Shown: positions 45,884-56,089, counted from the stretch's first letter. The stretch: 64,000 nucleotides of DNA from an uncultured Alphaproteobacteria bacterium (GCA_963746885.1 CAVVDM010000018.1:16489-80488); one strand, 5' to 3'. A program made the numbers and translations. Notes: generated by a model not told the origin, from the letters alone.

Positions 45884-46789
45884 ATGCCTGCAGCCAATTA
45901 CCTGCCCGACGTGCTCGAAACGACGGAAGCCGAGCGGCTGGCCACCGGCTTCATTTTTACCGAGGGGCCGCTGTGGCATCCGGAAGACTTTTGGTATTTC
46001 GTCGACATTCGCCAAAACAAGCTGTTTCGCCTGACGCCGGGGAAAGCGCCGGAAGTCGTCAGGAGCACGATCGGCGGCAACGGCACGACCTTCGACTTGC
46101 AGGGCCGCCTCGTGGTGTGCGAAGGCGACGACCGGCGCCTGATGCGGATGGCTGCAGACGGCAGCTGGGAATCCCTGGTCGACAACTACAAAGGCGGGCA
46201 TTTCAATCGCCCCAACGACGTGGTCTGCCACTCGAACGGCTGCCTGTACTTCACCGATCCGGACAAGCGCCGCGCCTATCACGAGCGCGAGATCCCGGGT
46301 CCTGAAGGCGACAACAACCTTTGGGATGGCGCCAACGTTTATCGTCTGGCGCCCGACGGCAGCTTGAGCGTGCTGGCGCATTGCGAATACCCGAACGGGC
46401 TGGCATTGTCGCCGGACGAGCGCACGATGTATGTGGCGAACACACGCTCGTCGCAATACATCCACGCCATCAAGCTCGACGCCGCCGGCAACATGGTCGG
46501 GCGCAGCATCTTCGCTGACATGAACGAAGGCGGCGAGCCGGGCATCCCCGACGGATTGAAGGTCGACAGCATCGGCCGGGTGTATTGCACCGGGCCGGGC
46601 GGCATCTGGGTCATGGCCCCGGACGGCAAGCGCATCGGCATCATCAAGTGGCCCGAGCAGGCGGTGAATTTCGCGTTTGGCGGGCCGGATCTGCGGACGC
46701 TGCTGTGCTGCGCCCATACCTCCGTCTACACGCTGCGCGTGAAAGTGCCGGGCAATCCGCATCCCTGGTACAAAGTGCGGGGGCGGTGA
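45884..46789 (+). CDS. SMP-30/gluconolactonase/LRE family protein
   Basis: Family blocks TEGPLWHP, FNRPNDVV, PNGLALSPDE and IPDGLKVD are present in beta-propeller order. Confidence 0.85.
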   Translation: MPAANYLPDVLETTEAERLATGFIFTEGPLWHPEDFWYFVDIRQNKLFRLTPGKAPEVVRSTIGGNGTTFDLQGRLVVCEGDDRRLMRMAADGSWESLVDNYKGGHFNRPNDVVCHSNGCLYFTDPDKRRAYHEREIPGPEGDNNLWDGANVYRLAPDGSLSVLAHCEYPNGLALSPDERTMYVANTRSSQYIHAIKLDAAGNMVGRSIFADMNEGGEPGIPDGLKVDSIGRVYCTGPGGIWVMAPDGKRIGIIKWPEQAVNFAFGGPDLRTLLCCAHTSVYTLRVKVPGNPHPWYKVRGR

Positions 46790-46879
46790 GCGGTCGGCGG
46801 AACGGGGCATACCGGGCGTTGACAGCCCGTTAGCGGCGGTTCACGCTCGCTCCAAATAACAGGCAGAGGAAGCAGAAAG

Positions 46880-47821
46880 ATGACGTCATCCTCTATCGAA
46901 GTAGCGCCCCTTACCCTCCATATCGGCGCGGAGATCGGCGGCGTCGACCTGACGAAGCCGTTGCCGCCCGACCAGTTGAAGGAAGTGCGGGAGGCCTTCG
47001 TGAAGTGGAAGGTCATTTTCTTCCGCGGCCAGCATCTGGACCACGCGCAGCACGTGGCGATGGCGCGCCAGTTCGGCGAGCCGACCATCGGGCACGCCGT
47101 GTTCGGCCACGTCGAGGGCCATCCCGAGATCTACTCGGTCGCCAAGAACCGCACCGCCAACGAGAACCGCGCGGCGGCGATGATCACGCCGTGGTCCGGC
47201 TGGCACGCCGACATCACGGCGGCAGTCAACCCGCCGATGGCCTCCATCCTGCGCGGCGTGACGATCCCGCCCTACGGCGGCGACACGTTGTGGACCAACC
47301 TCGCCGCTGCCTACACCGGCCTGTCGCCGACGCTGCGCGGGTTTGTCGACGGGCTGCGCGGCATCCACAATTTTGCGCCGCGCGAAACCGTAAAACCGGG
47401 GAGCGAATACAACGAGCGCGTCAAGCGGCGCGTCCTGGAGAGCGAGCACCCGCTGGTGACGGTGCATCCCGAGACCGGCGAGCGCGTCCTGTTCGTCAGC
47501 CCGTCTTTCCTGAAGTCGATCGTCGGGCTGACCCCGCGCGAAAGCATCAAGATCCTCGAGATCCTGTGGGAGCATGTCACGCGCCCGGAATACACGGTGC
47601 GCTTCAAGTGGAACGCGGGCGACATCGCCTTCTGGGACAATCGCTCGACCGCCCACCTTGCGCCGCGGGACATCTTCGAAGCCGACTTCGACCGCCAGCT
47701 TTATCGAATCACCCTGGTCGGCGAGAAGCCGGTCGGCATCGACGGCAAGCCGTCCCGGTCCATCGAGGGCCTGCCGATACTGTCCGCAGCGGAGGAACTG
47801 CGGATGATGGCGGCAGAGTAG
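46880..47821 (+). CDS. TauD/TfdA family Fe(II)/2-oxoglutarate dioxygenase
   Basis: Conserved blocks are IGAEIGGVDLTKPL, the HxD block GWHADIT, and DIAFWDNRSTAH. Confidence 0.9.
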   Translation: MTSSSIEVAPLTLHIGAEIGGVDLTKPLPPDQLKEVREAFVKWKVIFFRGQHLDHAQHVAMARQFGEPTIGHAVFGHVEGHPEIYSVAKNRTANENRAAAMITPWSGWHADITAAVNPPMASILRGVTIPPYGGDTLWTNLAAAYTGLSPTLRGFVDGLRGIHNFAPRETVKPGSEYNERVKRRVLESEHPLVTVHPETGERVLFVSPSFLKSIVGLTPRESIKILEILWEHVTRPEYTVRFKWNAGDIAFWDNRSTAHLAPRDIFEADFDRQLYRITLVGEKPVGIDGKPSRSIEGLPILSAAEELRMMAAE

Positions 47822-47853
47822 CCGCAGGGGCGCCCCGATAGCCCGGCCACGCG

Positions 47854-49020
47854 ATGACGCCTGACGATCCCGGCCATCGCACCGCCACCGCGCCGGCCCG
47901 GTTCCCCGACAGCCCGCTCTCGCGCGTCATCCGCCAGCCGCTGATCCTCGGGCTGTTTCTGCCGGTGCAGGGCGGCGGGTGGTCGGCATCGCTGTTGCCG
48001 CGGACCACCGATTGGAGCTTCGACTACAACGCGGCCTTGACCCGGCGGGCGGAAGCGCTGGGGTTCGACCTCGTCTTCGCCCTCGCGCAATGGACCAGCA
48101 AGGGAGGTTATGGCGGCCTCTCCAAATACCGCGAGGATTCGCTCGACGCGTTCATCGCGGTAACGGCGCTCAGCGCGATAACCAGGCATATCCTGCTGAT
48201 TTCGACGATCCATGTGCTGTTCGGCCCGTGGCATCCGCTTCACCTCGCCAAGTTCGGGGCGACGATCGACCACATCTCCGGCGGCCGTTGGGGCATCAAC
48301 GTCGTGACCGGCTACTCGCCGCGCGAGGCGCGCATGTTCGGCGGCCAGCACATCGAGCACGATCGCCGTTACGAGATGGCCGGCGAGTTCACCGACATTC
48401 TGTGCCGGTTGTGGGGCGAGACCGAAGACCTGACCTTACGGGGTAAGTTCTGGTCGCTGGAGAATGCCTTCGTGACGCCGAAGCCGCGCTACGGGCGGCC
48501 CGTCCTGGTCAATGCGACGGGCTCCCCGACCGGCATCGACTATGCGGCAAAATATTCGGACCTCGTTTTCATCACCAGCCCGGCCGGGCATGAAATCGAC
48601 GCGGCATTGGCCGCCCTGCCGGCGCACAACGCGCGCATCAAAGCCGCCGGCGCCGAGCGTGGCCGGGAGCTGCGCACGATCATCAACCCGATGATCGTCT
48701 GCCGCGAAACCGACCGGGAGGCGCAGCGCTACCACCGGGCCATCCTCGATGCGGCCGATCAGGGTGCGGTCGAAGGCTTCGTCTCGCATCAGCGCTCGGG
48801 CGACGCGGTGGCCTGGAAGGCGCACGGCGACACGCACCGCGCCCTCGGCGGCAACATCCAGATCATCGGCAGCCCCGAGCACGTTGTCGAGAAGCTGGTT
48901 GGGCTCAAGCGAGCCGGCTGCGACGGGGTCCAGGTCGCCTTCTTCGACTTTGCCCCCGATCTCGAGTTCTTCGGCGAGGCGGTATTGCCGCTGATGCACC
49001 AGGCCGGCCTGCGGGTCTGA
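47854..49020 (+). CDS. LLM class flavin-dependent monooxygenase (SfnG/RutA-like group)
   Basis: The 388-aa protein contains ILGLFLPVQGGGW...DYN...GFDLVFALAQW...GRWGINVVTGY...IEHDRRY. Confidence 0.8.
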   Translation: MTPDDPGHRTATAPARFPDSPLSRVIRQPLILGLFLPVQGGGWSASLLPRTTDWSFDYNAALTRRAEALGFDLVFALAQWTSKGGYGGLSKYREDSLDAFIAVTALSAITRHILLISTIHVLFGPWHPLHLAKFGATIDHISGGRWGINVVTGYSPREARMFGGQHIEHDRRYEMAGEFTDILCRLWGETEDLTLRGKFWSLENAFVTPKPRYGRPVLVNATGSPTGIDYAAKYSDLVFITSPAGHEIDAALAALPAHNARIKAAGAERGRELRTIINPMIVCRETDREAQRYHRAILDAADQGAVEGFVSHQRSGDAVAWKAHGDTHRALGGNIQIIGSPEHVVEKLVGLKRAGCDGVQVAFFDFAPDLEFFGEAVLPLMHQAGLRV

Positions 49021-49131
49021 TCGTGGGCGCCGGACGCCGGCCGGGTGTTAGGCACGGGCAGCCGTAATGGACATCGCGACGTGGCTGCGCGGGCCGCTGA
49101 GCAGGTCGGAATAGCCCGCCGCGAGGATCGA

Positions 49132-50874
49132 TCACCACCCCAGGGCGTAGGCGGCGCGGCGCGGGTCGGCGCCGGCTTCCATGACGCCGCGCTGCGGGTC
49201 GGTGCGGATCGCGCAGACCGCCCCGGCAAGCCAGTTCCACTCGGGCCAGCGCTCGATCTGGTGGCCGCGACGCGCGAGGTCGGCGATGACCGCTTCAGGA
49301 AAGCGGCCCTCAATGCTGAGCCGCCCGGGATAGTAGTCGTAGGGTGCAAACGAGGAGGGAAAGCTGTAGCTGGCAAAGCGCGGGCTCTCGATCGCGCTCT
49401 GCACGTCCATGCCGTGCACGAAAACGTTGAGCAGGACCTGCAGCATCGCCTGGGTCTGCACGTCGCCGCCCGGCGTGCCGAACGGCAGGAACTCGGCGCC
49501 GTCGCCCCGGATTGCCAGGGCCGGGTTGGGCGTCAGGCGCGGCCGCTTGCCGGGCGCGACGCCGGCCGGGTGGCGCGGGTCGGGACGCGACTGCGAGCCG
49601 CGGTTCGATGGAATGAACCCGACCCCCGGCACGACCGGCGAGCCGTAGGAGCCGTCGCTCGGCGTCGCCGAGAAGATGTTGCCCCAGCGGTCGGCGACAC
49701 AGACATAGGAGGTGTCAGGCTCGGGAAACGGGTTGGGCGGGCTGGCGCGCAGGCGCTGCTCCATGGCGCCCAGTTCGCCCGGCGGCGGCATCTCGGGCCA
49801 CGCCCGGTCGGGCCGGATCAGCTTGCGGCGCTCGGCGGCATATTCCGAGGAAATCAGCGTCGGCAACGGCACGTGGCCCGTGGCCGGGTCGGTGTAATAG
49901 GCCTCGCGGTCTGCGAAGGCGAGCTTCAGCGCCTCGGTAAGCGTGTGCACGTAATCGGCGCTGTTGTGACCGAGCGCCTTGAGGTCGGTTCCTTCGAGCA
50001 GGGCCAGCGTCTGCAGCAATACCGGCCCCTGGCACCACGCGCCGCAAGTGAAGACTTCGAGGTCGCCGAAGCGGCGCCGCTCCGGCGGGCCGACCGGCGA
50101 GTGATAGCCGGCGAGGTCCTCGGCCGACAGGAGCCCGCCCTGCTCCTTCATAAAGGCCACGATCTTCTTTGCGATGTCGCCGCGATAGAACGCGTCGCGC
50201 GCCGCCTCAAGCCCGGCGTCGCGGCCACGCCCGGATGCCGCCTTCTCCTCGTCGATCATGTATTGCAACGAGGCGCCGAGGTCGCTCTGGCGGAACACGT
50301 CGCCGGTCTCGGGCGGGCGGCCGTTCGGCAGGTAGACCGCGGCGCTCGATGGCCAGGAAGCATGGCGTTCGGCGTGCTTCTTCAGGCTGTCCGCCATCAG
50401 CGGGTACATCGGGAAGCCGTCGCGCGCGAGGCGCGCCGCCGCCGCCGCGACATCGCCGAAGCTCATCGTGCCGTAGCGCCGCAGCGCCGTGATCCAGGCG
50501 TCGGGCGCTGCCGGCACGACGGTGCGCAAAACGCCGACCGGGATCTTGCCGCCATGCTCGCGCATGAACAATTCGGGGTCGAGCGCGCGCGGCCAGGTCC
50601 CGAGCCCGGCGATCGTCACGACCTCGCGGCGCTCGGCCTGATAGATCAGGATCGGCGCCACCCCGGCGACATTGACCAGATCGCTTTGCAGGACGCCGAG
50701 CGCGATGCCGGCGGCGACCCCGGCATCGACCGCATTGCCGCCGGCCTGCAGGATGTCGAAGCCGGCAGTCGTCGCCAGGTAATGCCCGGCGGCAATGGCG
50801 TGGCGGGTGACGGCGATCGTCGGCCGATGGGCGTGGGCGGTGGCGTGGGCAGTCGGGGGCGCGGCAGCGTTCAT
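49132..50874 (-). CDS. Gamma-glutamyltransferase family protein
   Basis: The 580-aa protein has the N-terminal block GHYLATTAGFDILQAGGNAVDAGVAAGIALGVLQ. Confidence 0.85.
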   Translation of the reverse strand: MNAAAPPTAHATAHAHRPTIAVTRHAIAAGHYLATTAGFDILQAGGNAVDAGVAAGIALGVLQSDLVNVAGVAPILIYQAERREVVTIAGLGTWPRALDPELFMREHGGKIPVGVLRTVVPAAPDAWITALRRYGTMSFGDVAAAAARLARDGFPMYPLMADSLKKHAERHASWPSSAAVYLPNGRPPETGDVFRQSDLGASLQYMIDEEKAASGRGRDAGLEAARDAFYRGDIAKKIVAFMKEQGGLLSAEDLAGYHSPVGPPERRRFGDLEVFTCGAWCQGPVLLQTLALLEGTDLKALGHNSADYVHTLTEALKLAFADREAYYTDPATGHVPLPTLISSEYAAERRKLIRPDRAWPEMPPPGELGAMEQRLRASPPNPFPEPDTSYVCVADRWGNIFSATPSDGSYGSPVVPGVGFIPSNRGSQSRPDPRHPAGVAPGKRPRLTPNPALAIRGDGAEFLPFGTPGGDVQTQAMLQVLLNVFVHGMDVQSAIESPRFASYSFPSSFAPYDYYPGRLSIEGRFPEAVIADLARRGHQIERWPEWNWLAGAVCAIRTDPQRGVMEAGADPRRAAYALGW

Positions 50875-50975
50875 GGCGGGTCCTCCGCGAAAACCTGCCG
50901 CAGAGCTTAGCGCCGGAGCCGCCCGGCGGCGAAGAAGTATCGCGAATTGTCATCATCGCGCGCTACGCTGCGGCC

Positions 50976-52547
50976 ATGCTCGCGCGTCGCACCGCAACCC
51001 GCCGCTCTCTGCTGATTGGCTCCGCTGCCGTCCTGGTTGCCGGCGGCATTCGGCCGGCGCGGGCGGGCGCTGCCCACCCGTTCACCCTCGGCGTCGCCTC
51101 GGGCAACCCGCGGCCGGACGGTGTCGTGCTGTGGACCCGGCTTGCACCCGAGCCGCTATCGCCCGATCCGCAGCGTCCGGGCGGCATGGGCCCCGACGCG
51201 GTGCCGGTGCGCTGGGAGATCGCCGCCGACGCACGGATGCAGCACGTGGTTCGGCACGGCGTCACGAATGCCGAGGCGGCGGTCGCCCATTCGGTGCATG
51301 TCGAATGCGGCGGGCTCGAACCCGGGCGGGATTACTGGTACCGCTTCATCGCCGGCGGCGAGGCGAGCCCGGTCGGCCGCGCCCGCACTGCCCCGGCCAC
51401 CGGCGCGCCGGTCGACCGGCTGCGCTTCGGCTTCGTCTCCTGCGCCAATTACGAATTCGGCTATTTCGCAGCCTACCGCCACCTCACCGCCGAGTTGCCC
51501 GATCTGGTCGTGTTTCTCGGCGACTACATCTACGAGTACGTCACCAGATCGGCGAAGAAGGTGCGGCTGCACAGCGACGGGGTCGAGGCCACCGACCTGC
51601 GCACCTACCGCAACCGCCACGCGCAATACAAGACCGACCCGGACCTGCAGCGGCTGCACGCGACCTCGCCGTGTCTCGCCACCTGGGACGACCACGAGGT
51701 GCAGAACGACTACGCCGACCGCTGGTCGCAGGATTTCGCCGATCCGCAGGCGTTTCTGCGGCGCCGGGCGGCCGCCTACCGGGCGTTCTGGGAGCATATG
51801 CCGCTGCCGCTTGCGGCGATGCCGCAGGGGCCGAACGCCCGGATCTACGGGCGCCACGATTTCGGCGGCCTCGCCAGCTTTTACGTCGTCGACGGGCGGC
51901 AATACCGCTCGCGCCTCGCCTGCGACCGGCCGCCCAAGGGCGGCGGCAAGCAGATCACCGACGCTTCCTGCCCGGAGCGGCTCGATCCGCGCCGCTCCTA
52001 TCTCGGCATGGCGCAGGAAGCCTGGCTGTACGACGAGTTCCGTCAGCCGCGGGCGCGCTGGAACATCCTCGCCCAGGAACAGCTGATGGCCGATTTGAAG
52101 GAGCGGACGAAGGACGGCGAGATCGCCCATTGGTCCGAGGATTGGAACGGCTTCCCGGCGGCCCGGCGGCGGTTGTTGCAGCAGATGCACGACACGCGCC
52201 TCGCCAACCCGGTGGTGATCGGAGGCGACATCCACTCGTTCTGGACCAACGACCTGAAGCTCGATTTCGACGATCCGAAGGCGCCGGTCGTCGCCTCGGA
52301 ATTCGTCGGCACGTCGATCACCTCGCCCGGCCCGCCCTATGAACTGTTCGCGTCGTGGCTGCCCGACAACCCGCACATCCATTTCTTCGACAGCCGCAAG
52401 CGCGGCTATGTCAGCGTCGATCTGCGGCCGCAGCGGATGGCGGTCGCGTATCAAGCCATTTCAGATGTGCGCGATCGCGATGCGACGGTCGCGACCTTGC
52501 GCCGCTTTGCCGTCGAGGACGGCCGGCCGGGGCCGGTCGCGGCCTGA
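50976..52547 (+). CDS. phoD: Alkaline phosphatase D (PhoD) family, Tat-exported
   Basis: A twin-arginine N-terminus TRRSLLIGSAA is present. PhoD blocks are FTLGVASGNP, FVSCANYE, FLGDYIYE, WDDHEVQND and VIGGDIHS. Confidence 0.9.
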   Translation: MLARRTATRRSLLIGSAAVLVAGGIRPARAGAAHPFTLGVASGNPRPDGVVLWTRLAPEPLSPDPQRPGGMGPDAVPVRWEIAADARMQHVVRHGVTNAEAAVAHSVHVECGGLEPGRDYWYRFIAGGEASPVGRARTAPATGAPVDRLRFGFVSCANYEFGYFAAYRHLTAELPDLVVFLGDYIYEYVTRSAKKVRLHSDGVEATDLRTYRNRHAQYKTDPDLQRLHATSPCLATWDDHEVQNDYADRWSQDFADPQAFLRRRAAAYRAFWEHMPLPLAAMPQGPNARIYGRHDFGGLASFYVVDGRQYRSRLACDRPPKGGGKQITDASCPERLDPRRSYLGMAQEAWLYDEFRQPRARWNILAQEQLMADLKERTKDGEIAHWSEDWNGFPAARRRLLQQMHDTRLANPVVIGGDIHSFWTNDLKLDFDDPKAPVVASEFVGTSITSPGPPYELFASWLPDNPHIHFFDSRKRGYVSVDLRPQRMAVAYQAISDVRDRDATVATLRRFAVEDGRPGPVAA

Positions 52548-52557
52548 CCCCCCTCGC

Positions 52558-53385
52558 CTATTTGCGGCGCGGGCCGGGATAGGTGTGTTCAGGGGTCGGG
52601 AAGCGGCTGTGGCGCACCTCCTCGGCATACTCGCGCGCCGCAGCGCGGATCTCGTCGCCGAGCGCGCGGTAGCGCTTGACGAATTTCGGGGTGAACTCGC
52701 TGAACAGCCCGAGCATGTCGTCGACGACGAGGATCTGGCCGTCGCAGGCCGGCGAGCCGCCGATGCCGATCGTCGGGATCGCCACGGCGCCAGTCAGATC
52801 GCGCGCCAGGCTCTCGGCGGTGCCCTCGATGACCAGCGAGAAGGCACCGGCTTCGGCGATCGCAATGCCGTCGCGCAGGATCTTGTCGCGCTCCGCTTCG
52901 CCGTGGCCGCGCGAGCGGTAGCCGCCGAGCGCGTTGACCGCCTGCGGCGTCAGCCCGACATGGCCCATCACCGGCACGCCGCGCCGCGCGAGAAAGGCGA
53001 CCGTCTCGGCCATCTCCTCGCCGCCCTCGAGCTTGACGGCGGCGCAGCCGGTCTCAGCCAAGACCCGCGCCGCAGCGCGGAACGCCTGCTCGGGCGATTC
53101 CTGGTAGCTGCCGAACGGCAAATCGACAGTGATCAGCGCGTGCCCGGTCGAGCGCACCACCGCCGCGCCATGCGCGATCATCATGTCGAGCGTGACCGGC
53201 AATGTGCTGTCGAAGCCGTAGACCGTCATCCCCAGGCTGTCGCCGACCAGCAGCAGATCGACCTCGGGGTCGAGCAACCGCGCCACCGACGCCGTATAGG
53301 CAGTCAGGCAGACCAGCTTCTCGCCGCCCTTGCGCCCCTGGACCTGTGTCACCGACACGCGCCTCGGCCGAGCCTGCACGCTCAT
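52558..53385 (-). CDS. panB: 3-methyl-2-oxobutanoate hydroxymethyltransferase
   Basis: Conserved PanB blocks are [34 protein letters not shown] and GHVGLTPQ. Confidence 0.95.
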   Translation of the reverse strand: MSVQARPRRVSVTQVQGRKGGEKLVCLTAYTASVARLLDPEVDLLLVGDSLGMTVYGFDSTLPVTLDMMIAHGAAVVRSTGHALITVDLPFGSYQESPEQAFRAAARVLAETGCAAVKLEGGEEMAETVAFLARRGVPVMGHVGLTPQAVNALGGYRSRGHGEAERDKILRDGIAIAEAGAFSLVIEGTAESLARDLTGAVAIPTIGIGGSPACDGQILVVDDMLGLFSEFTPKFVKRYRALGDEIRAAAREYAEEVRHSRFPTPEHTYPGPRRK

Positions 53386-53406
53386 GCTGTTCCTCGATGC
53401 AAAAAT

Positions 53407-55445
53407 CTAGGCGATCGGCGCCGTCGCTGCCTTCAGCCAGGCAGCGGTTTCCGGATCGACCAAGGGGCTGATCACCTCGCGCACCCGCGCGTGATAGGCG
53501 TTGAGCCAGGCGATTTCGTCGTCATCGAGCAGCGCGCGGTCGACCAGCGTGCGGTCGATCGGCGCCAGGCTCAATGTCTCGAAGCACAGCATGTCGCGCT
53601 CGCCGCGGTCGGCCAGCGGCTGCACGACGACGAGGTTCTCGATGCGGATGCCGTAGGCGCCGGTCTTGTAGTAGCCGGGCTCGTTCGACACGATCATGCC
53701 GGGCAGCAGCGGCTGGGTGTTGGGCGCCTTGGCGATGCGCTGCGGGCCCTCATGCACGCCGAGATAGCTGCCGACTCCGTGGCCGGTGCCGTGGTCGTAG
53801 TCGAGCCCCTCCTGCCACAATGCCCGCCGCGCGAAGGCGTCGAGCTGCGCCCCGGTCGTGCCTTTCGGGAAGCGCGCCGTGGCGAGCGCGATGTGGCCCT
53901 TGAGGACGCGGGTGAAGCGGTCGCGCATTTCCGCGCTCGGGGTCGCCGATCGCGATCGTGCGGGTGATGTCGGTGGTGCCGTCGAGATATTGCGCGCCCG
54001 AATCGAGCAGGTAGAGCGTGCCCGGCAGGAGGCGCTTCTCGCTTTCCGGGGTGGCGCGGTAATGCACGATGGCGCCGTTGGAGCCGGCCCCCGAGATCGT
54101 CGGGAAGCTGAGGTCGCGGAAGTAATCGCCCTCGCGGCGGAACGCTTCGAGCCGGTCGCTGGCGGCAATCTCGCACAATTCGCCTTGCGGCGCCTCGCGC
54201 GCCAGCCATGCGAGGAAACGGCTGAGCGCGGCGCCGTCGCGGCGATGCGCGGCGCGGGTGCCGTCGAGTTCGGTCGCGTTCTTGCAGGCTTTCGGCAGCA
54301 GGCACGGATCGGCGGCGCGGTGAATGCGCGCGCCGGGCTGCGCGAGCCGATCGAACACCCATGACGCGGCGGTGGCCGGGTCGACCTGGACCCGCGCCCC
54401 CGATGCAGCGAGCGCCGCAAGCGCCGGGGCAAACCGCTCCGGCATCTCGATCGCAACGCCGTTGCCGAGATGGCGGTCGAGGCCGGGAGCGAGCTTGCGC
54501 CGGTCGATGAACAGCGTGACGCTGCCGTCGTCGTGCAGGATCCCAAACGACAGCGGCAACGGCGTGTGCGGCACGTCGCCGCCGCGGATATTCAGCAGCC
54601 AAGCGATCAATTCGGGCATCGTCAGCACCACCGCGCCGACCCCCTCCGCCGCCAGCGCACGGCCGAGCCGGGCGCGCTTCGCCGGGGCGCTCTCGCCGGC
54701 AAACATGTCGGGATGCGGCACCACCGGCGCGAGCGGCGCCGGCGGCCTTCCCGGCCACACGTGATCGACCGGGTTCTCGTCCACCGGGCGCAGGCTCGCC
54801 CCGGCGCGCTCGGCGCCGGCCTTGAAGCGCTCGACCTCCTGCGGCGTGTGCAGCCACGGGTCATAACCGACGACGGCCCCCGGCTTCAGGGCATCGCTCA
54901 GCCACTTCGCCGCCGGCTCGTCGACCAAATGGCGAATCTCGAACAGCTCGGTGTCGGCCTGCGCCGCCGCCTGCAATGTGTAGCGGCCGTCGACGAACAG
55001 CGCAGCGCGGTCGGCCAGCACGATCGCGAGCCCGGCCGAGCCGGTGAACCCGGTCAGCCAGGCGAGGCGCTGGCCGCACGGCGGCACGTACTCGCCCTGA
55101 TACTGGTCGGCGCGCGGCACGATAAAGCCGTCGAGCCTCCGCGTTGCCAATTCCTCGCGCAAGAGGGCGAGCCGCGCGGCGCGCGGCAGCCGGGCGAAAT
55201 CCTCGGGCGCAAGGCCGTCGCGATAATCCTCGGCCAGATAGTCGCGCAGCGAGTTCGAGCGCCTCGGCCAGCGCGGGCGGCGCCGGGTCGGCGACCAACG
55301 CATGCCAGGTCGTGCCGATCTCGGGCGGCGCCGCCAGCACGCCGGCGATCAGCCCGGCAACCCCGTCGGGGTCGAGCGGCGACTTGGCGTCCCTCAGCAA
55401 ATGCGCCAAGCGACCGTGATCCGGCGCCGCGACTGTTGCCGTCAT
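53407..55445 (-). pseudogene. pepP: Xaa-Pro aminopeptidase (aminopeptidase P, M24B), frame break at 53939-42; possible second break at ~55249-53 joining a YgfB/UPF0149-like N-terminal module
   Basis: The creatinase-like N-domain (GFIVPRADQYQGEYV...WLTGFTGSAG) and the M24 core (YLLDSGAQYLDGTTDITRT | HGTGHGVGSYLGVHEGP...SNEPGYY) lie in two frames. ATG 55303 is the alternative start if the upstream module is not part of the gene. Confidence 0.85.
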
Positions 55446-55725
55446 CGACTGCTCCTGCTTCTCGTCCGGCCCATCCTAGCGCAAATCGGCTTTTGTGGCG
55501 CCGCCCGCTGCGCATCACTTGCGACGCCGGCGCGTGAACTCCCTAGGAACTCTATGGTCAAGCCAGGAGAATGCGCTCGGCGCATTGCTGCGATGCACCT
55601 CAGCGGCCCTGAATCTGTCAGTTCCCCTGACCTTATGCATGGCTGGTTTGCGTTCTTCCATATGGTCTTAGGCGAATCCGATGCCAAATTGTGCGGTGCA
55701 CCATGTTGGTGTCAGGAGTTTGACT

Positions 55726-55990
55726 ATGTCGCTTATCAATCTGTTCGTGGCAGCGCGCGCGGCGCTGGCGAGACGGCGGCAGCGGCAGCGCGCTTTCGAC
55801 GAGTTGATGGCGCTCGATGACCGCTCGCTCTCGGATATCGGCATCCACCGCTCGCAGATCCCGGGTCTGGTCGCCGGTTTCGAGCGCCCCGTCCTCGCCG
55901 AGTTCGGCGCGCGACGAGATTGTCGCCGCAGCATTCGGCAGCCCGTCGGGGCAACTCGCCACCGGCCGGGCCTGGTTGCCGCCGGTCTGA
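55726..55990 (+). CDS. DUF1127 small protein; the stop at 55988-90 is reached only after a +1 shift near 55906-12
   Basis: A CAGGAG lies 8 nt upstream of ATG 55726. The product MSLINLFVAARAALARRRQRQRAFDELMALDDRSLSDIGIHRSQI is a typical DUF1127 pattern. The rest of ORF 55681..56865 is an implausible read-through. Confidence 0.5.
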
Positions 55991-56014
55991 GCCGGTCCAA
56001 TTCGGGATTGATTT

Positions 56015-56050
56015 GCCGCTGCCGCCCCTTGCGCGGGGCGGCGTGGCGGC
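56015..56050 (+). terminator. Long imperfect GC hairpin downstream of the DUF1127 gene
   Basis: The sequence is GCCGCTGCCGCCCC-TTGCGC-GGGGCGGCGTGGCGGC. No U-tract follows it. Confidence 0.3.
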
Positions 56051-56089
56051 TCAGGCTGCAAGCCGGTAAGACCTCCCGGAGACCGGATC

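Noticed and set aside
41231-49020. The oxidoreductase string as a horizontally acquired genomic island.
   Set aside because: There is no integrase, transposase, tRNA anchor or flanking direct repeat. Its composition does not look visibly different from the flanking core genes.
50930-50975. Possible Pho box upstream of phoD (TTGTCAT at ~50948-54).
   Set aside because: Only one half-site resembles the CTGTCAT consensus, and no properly spaced second repeat is present.
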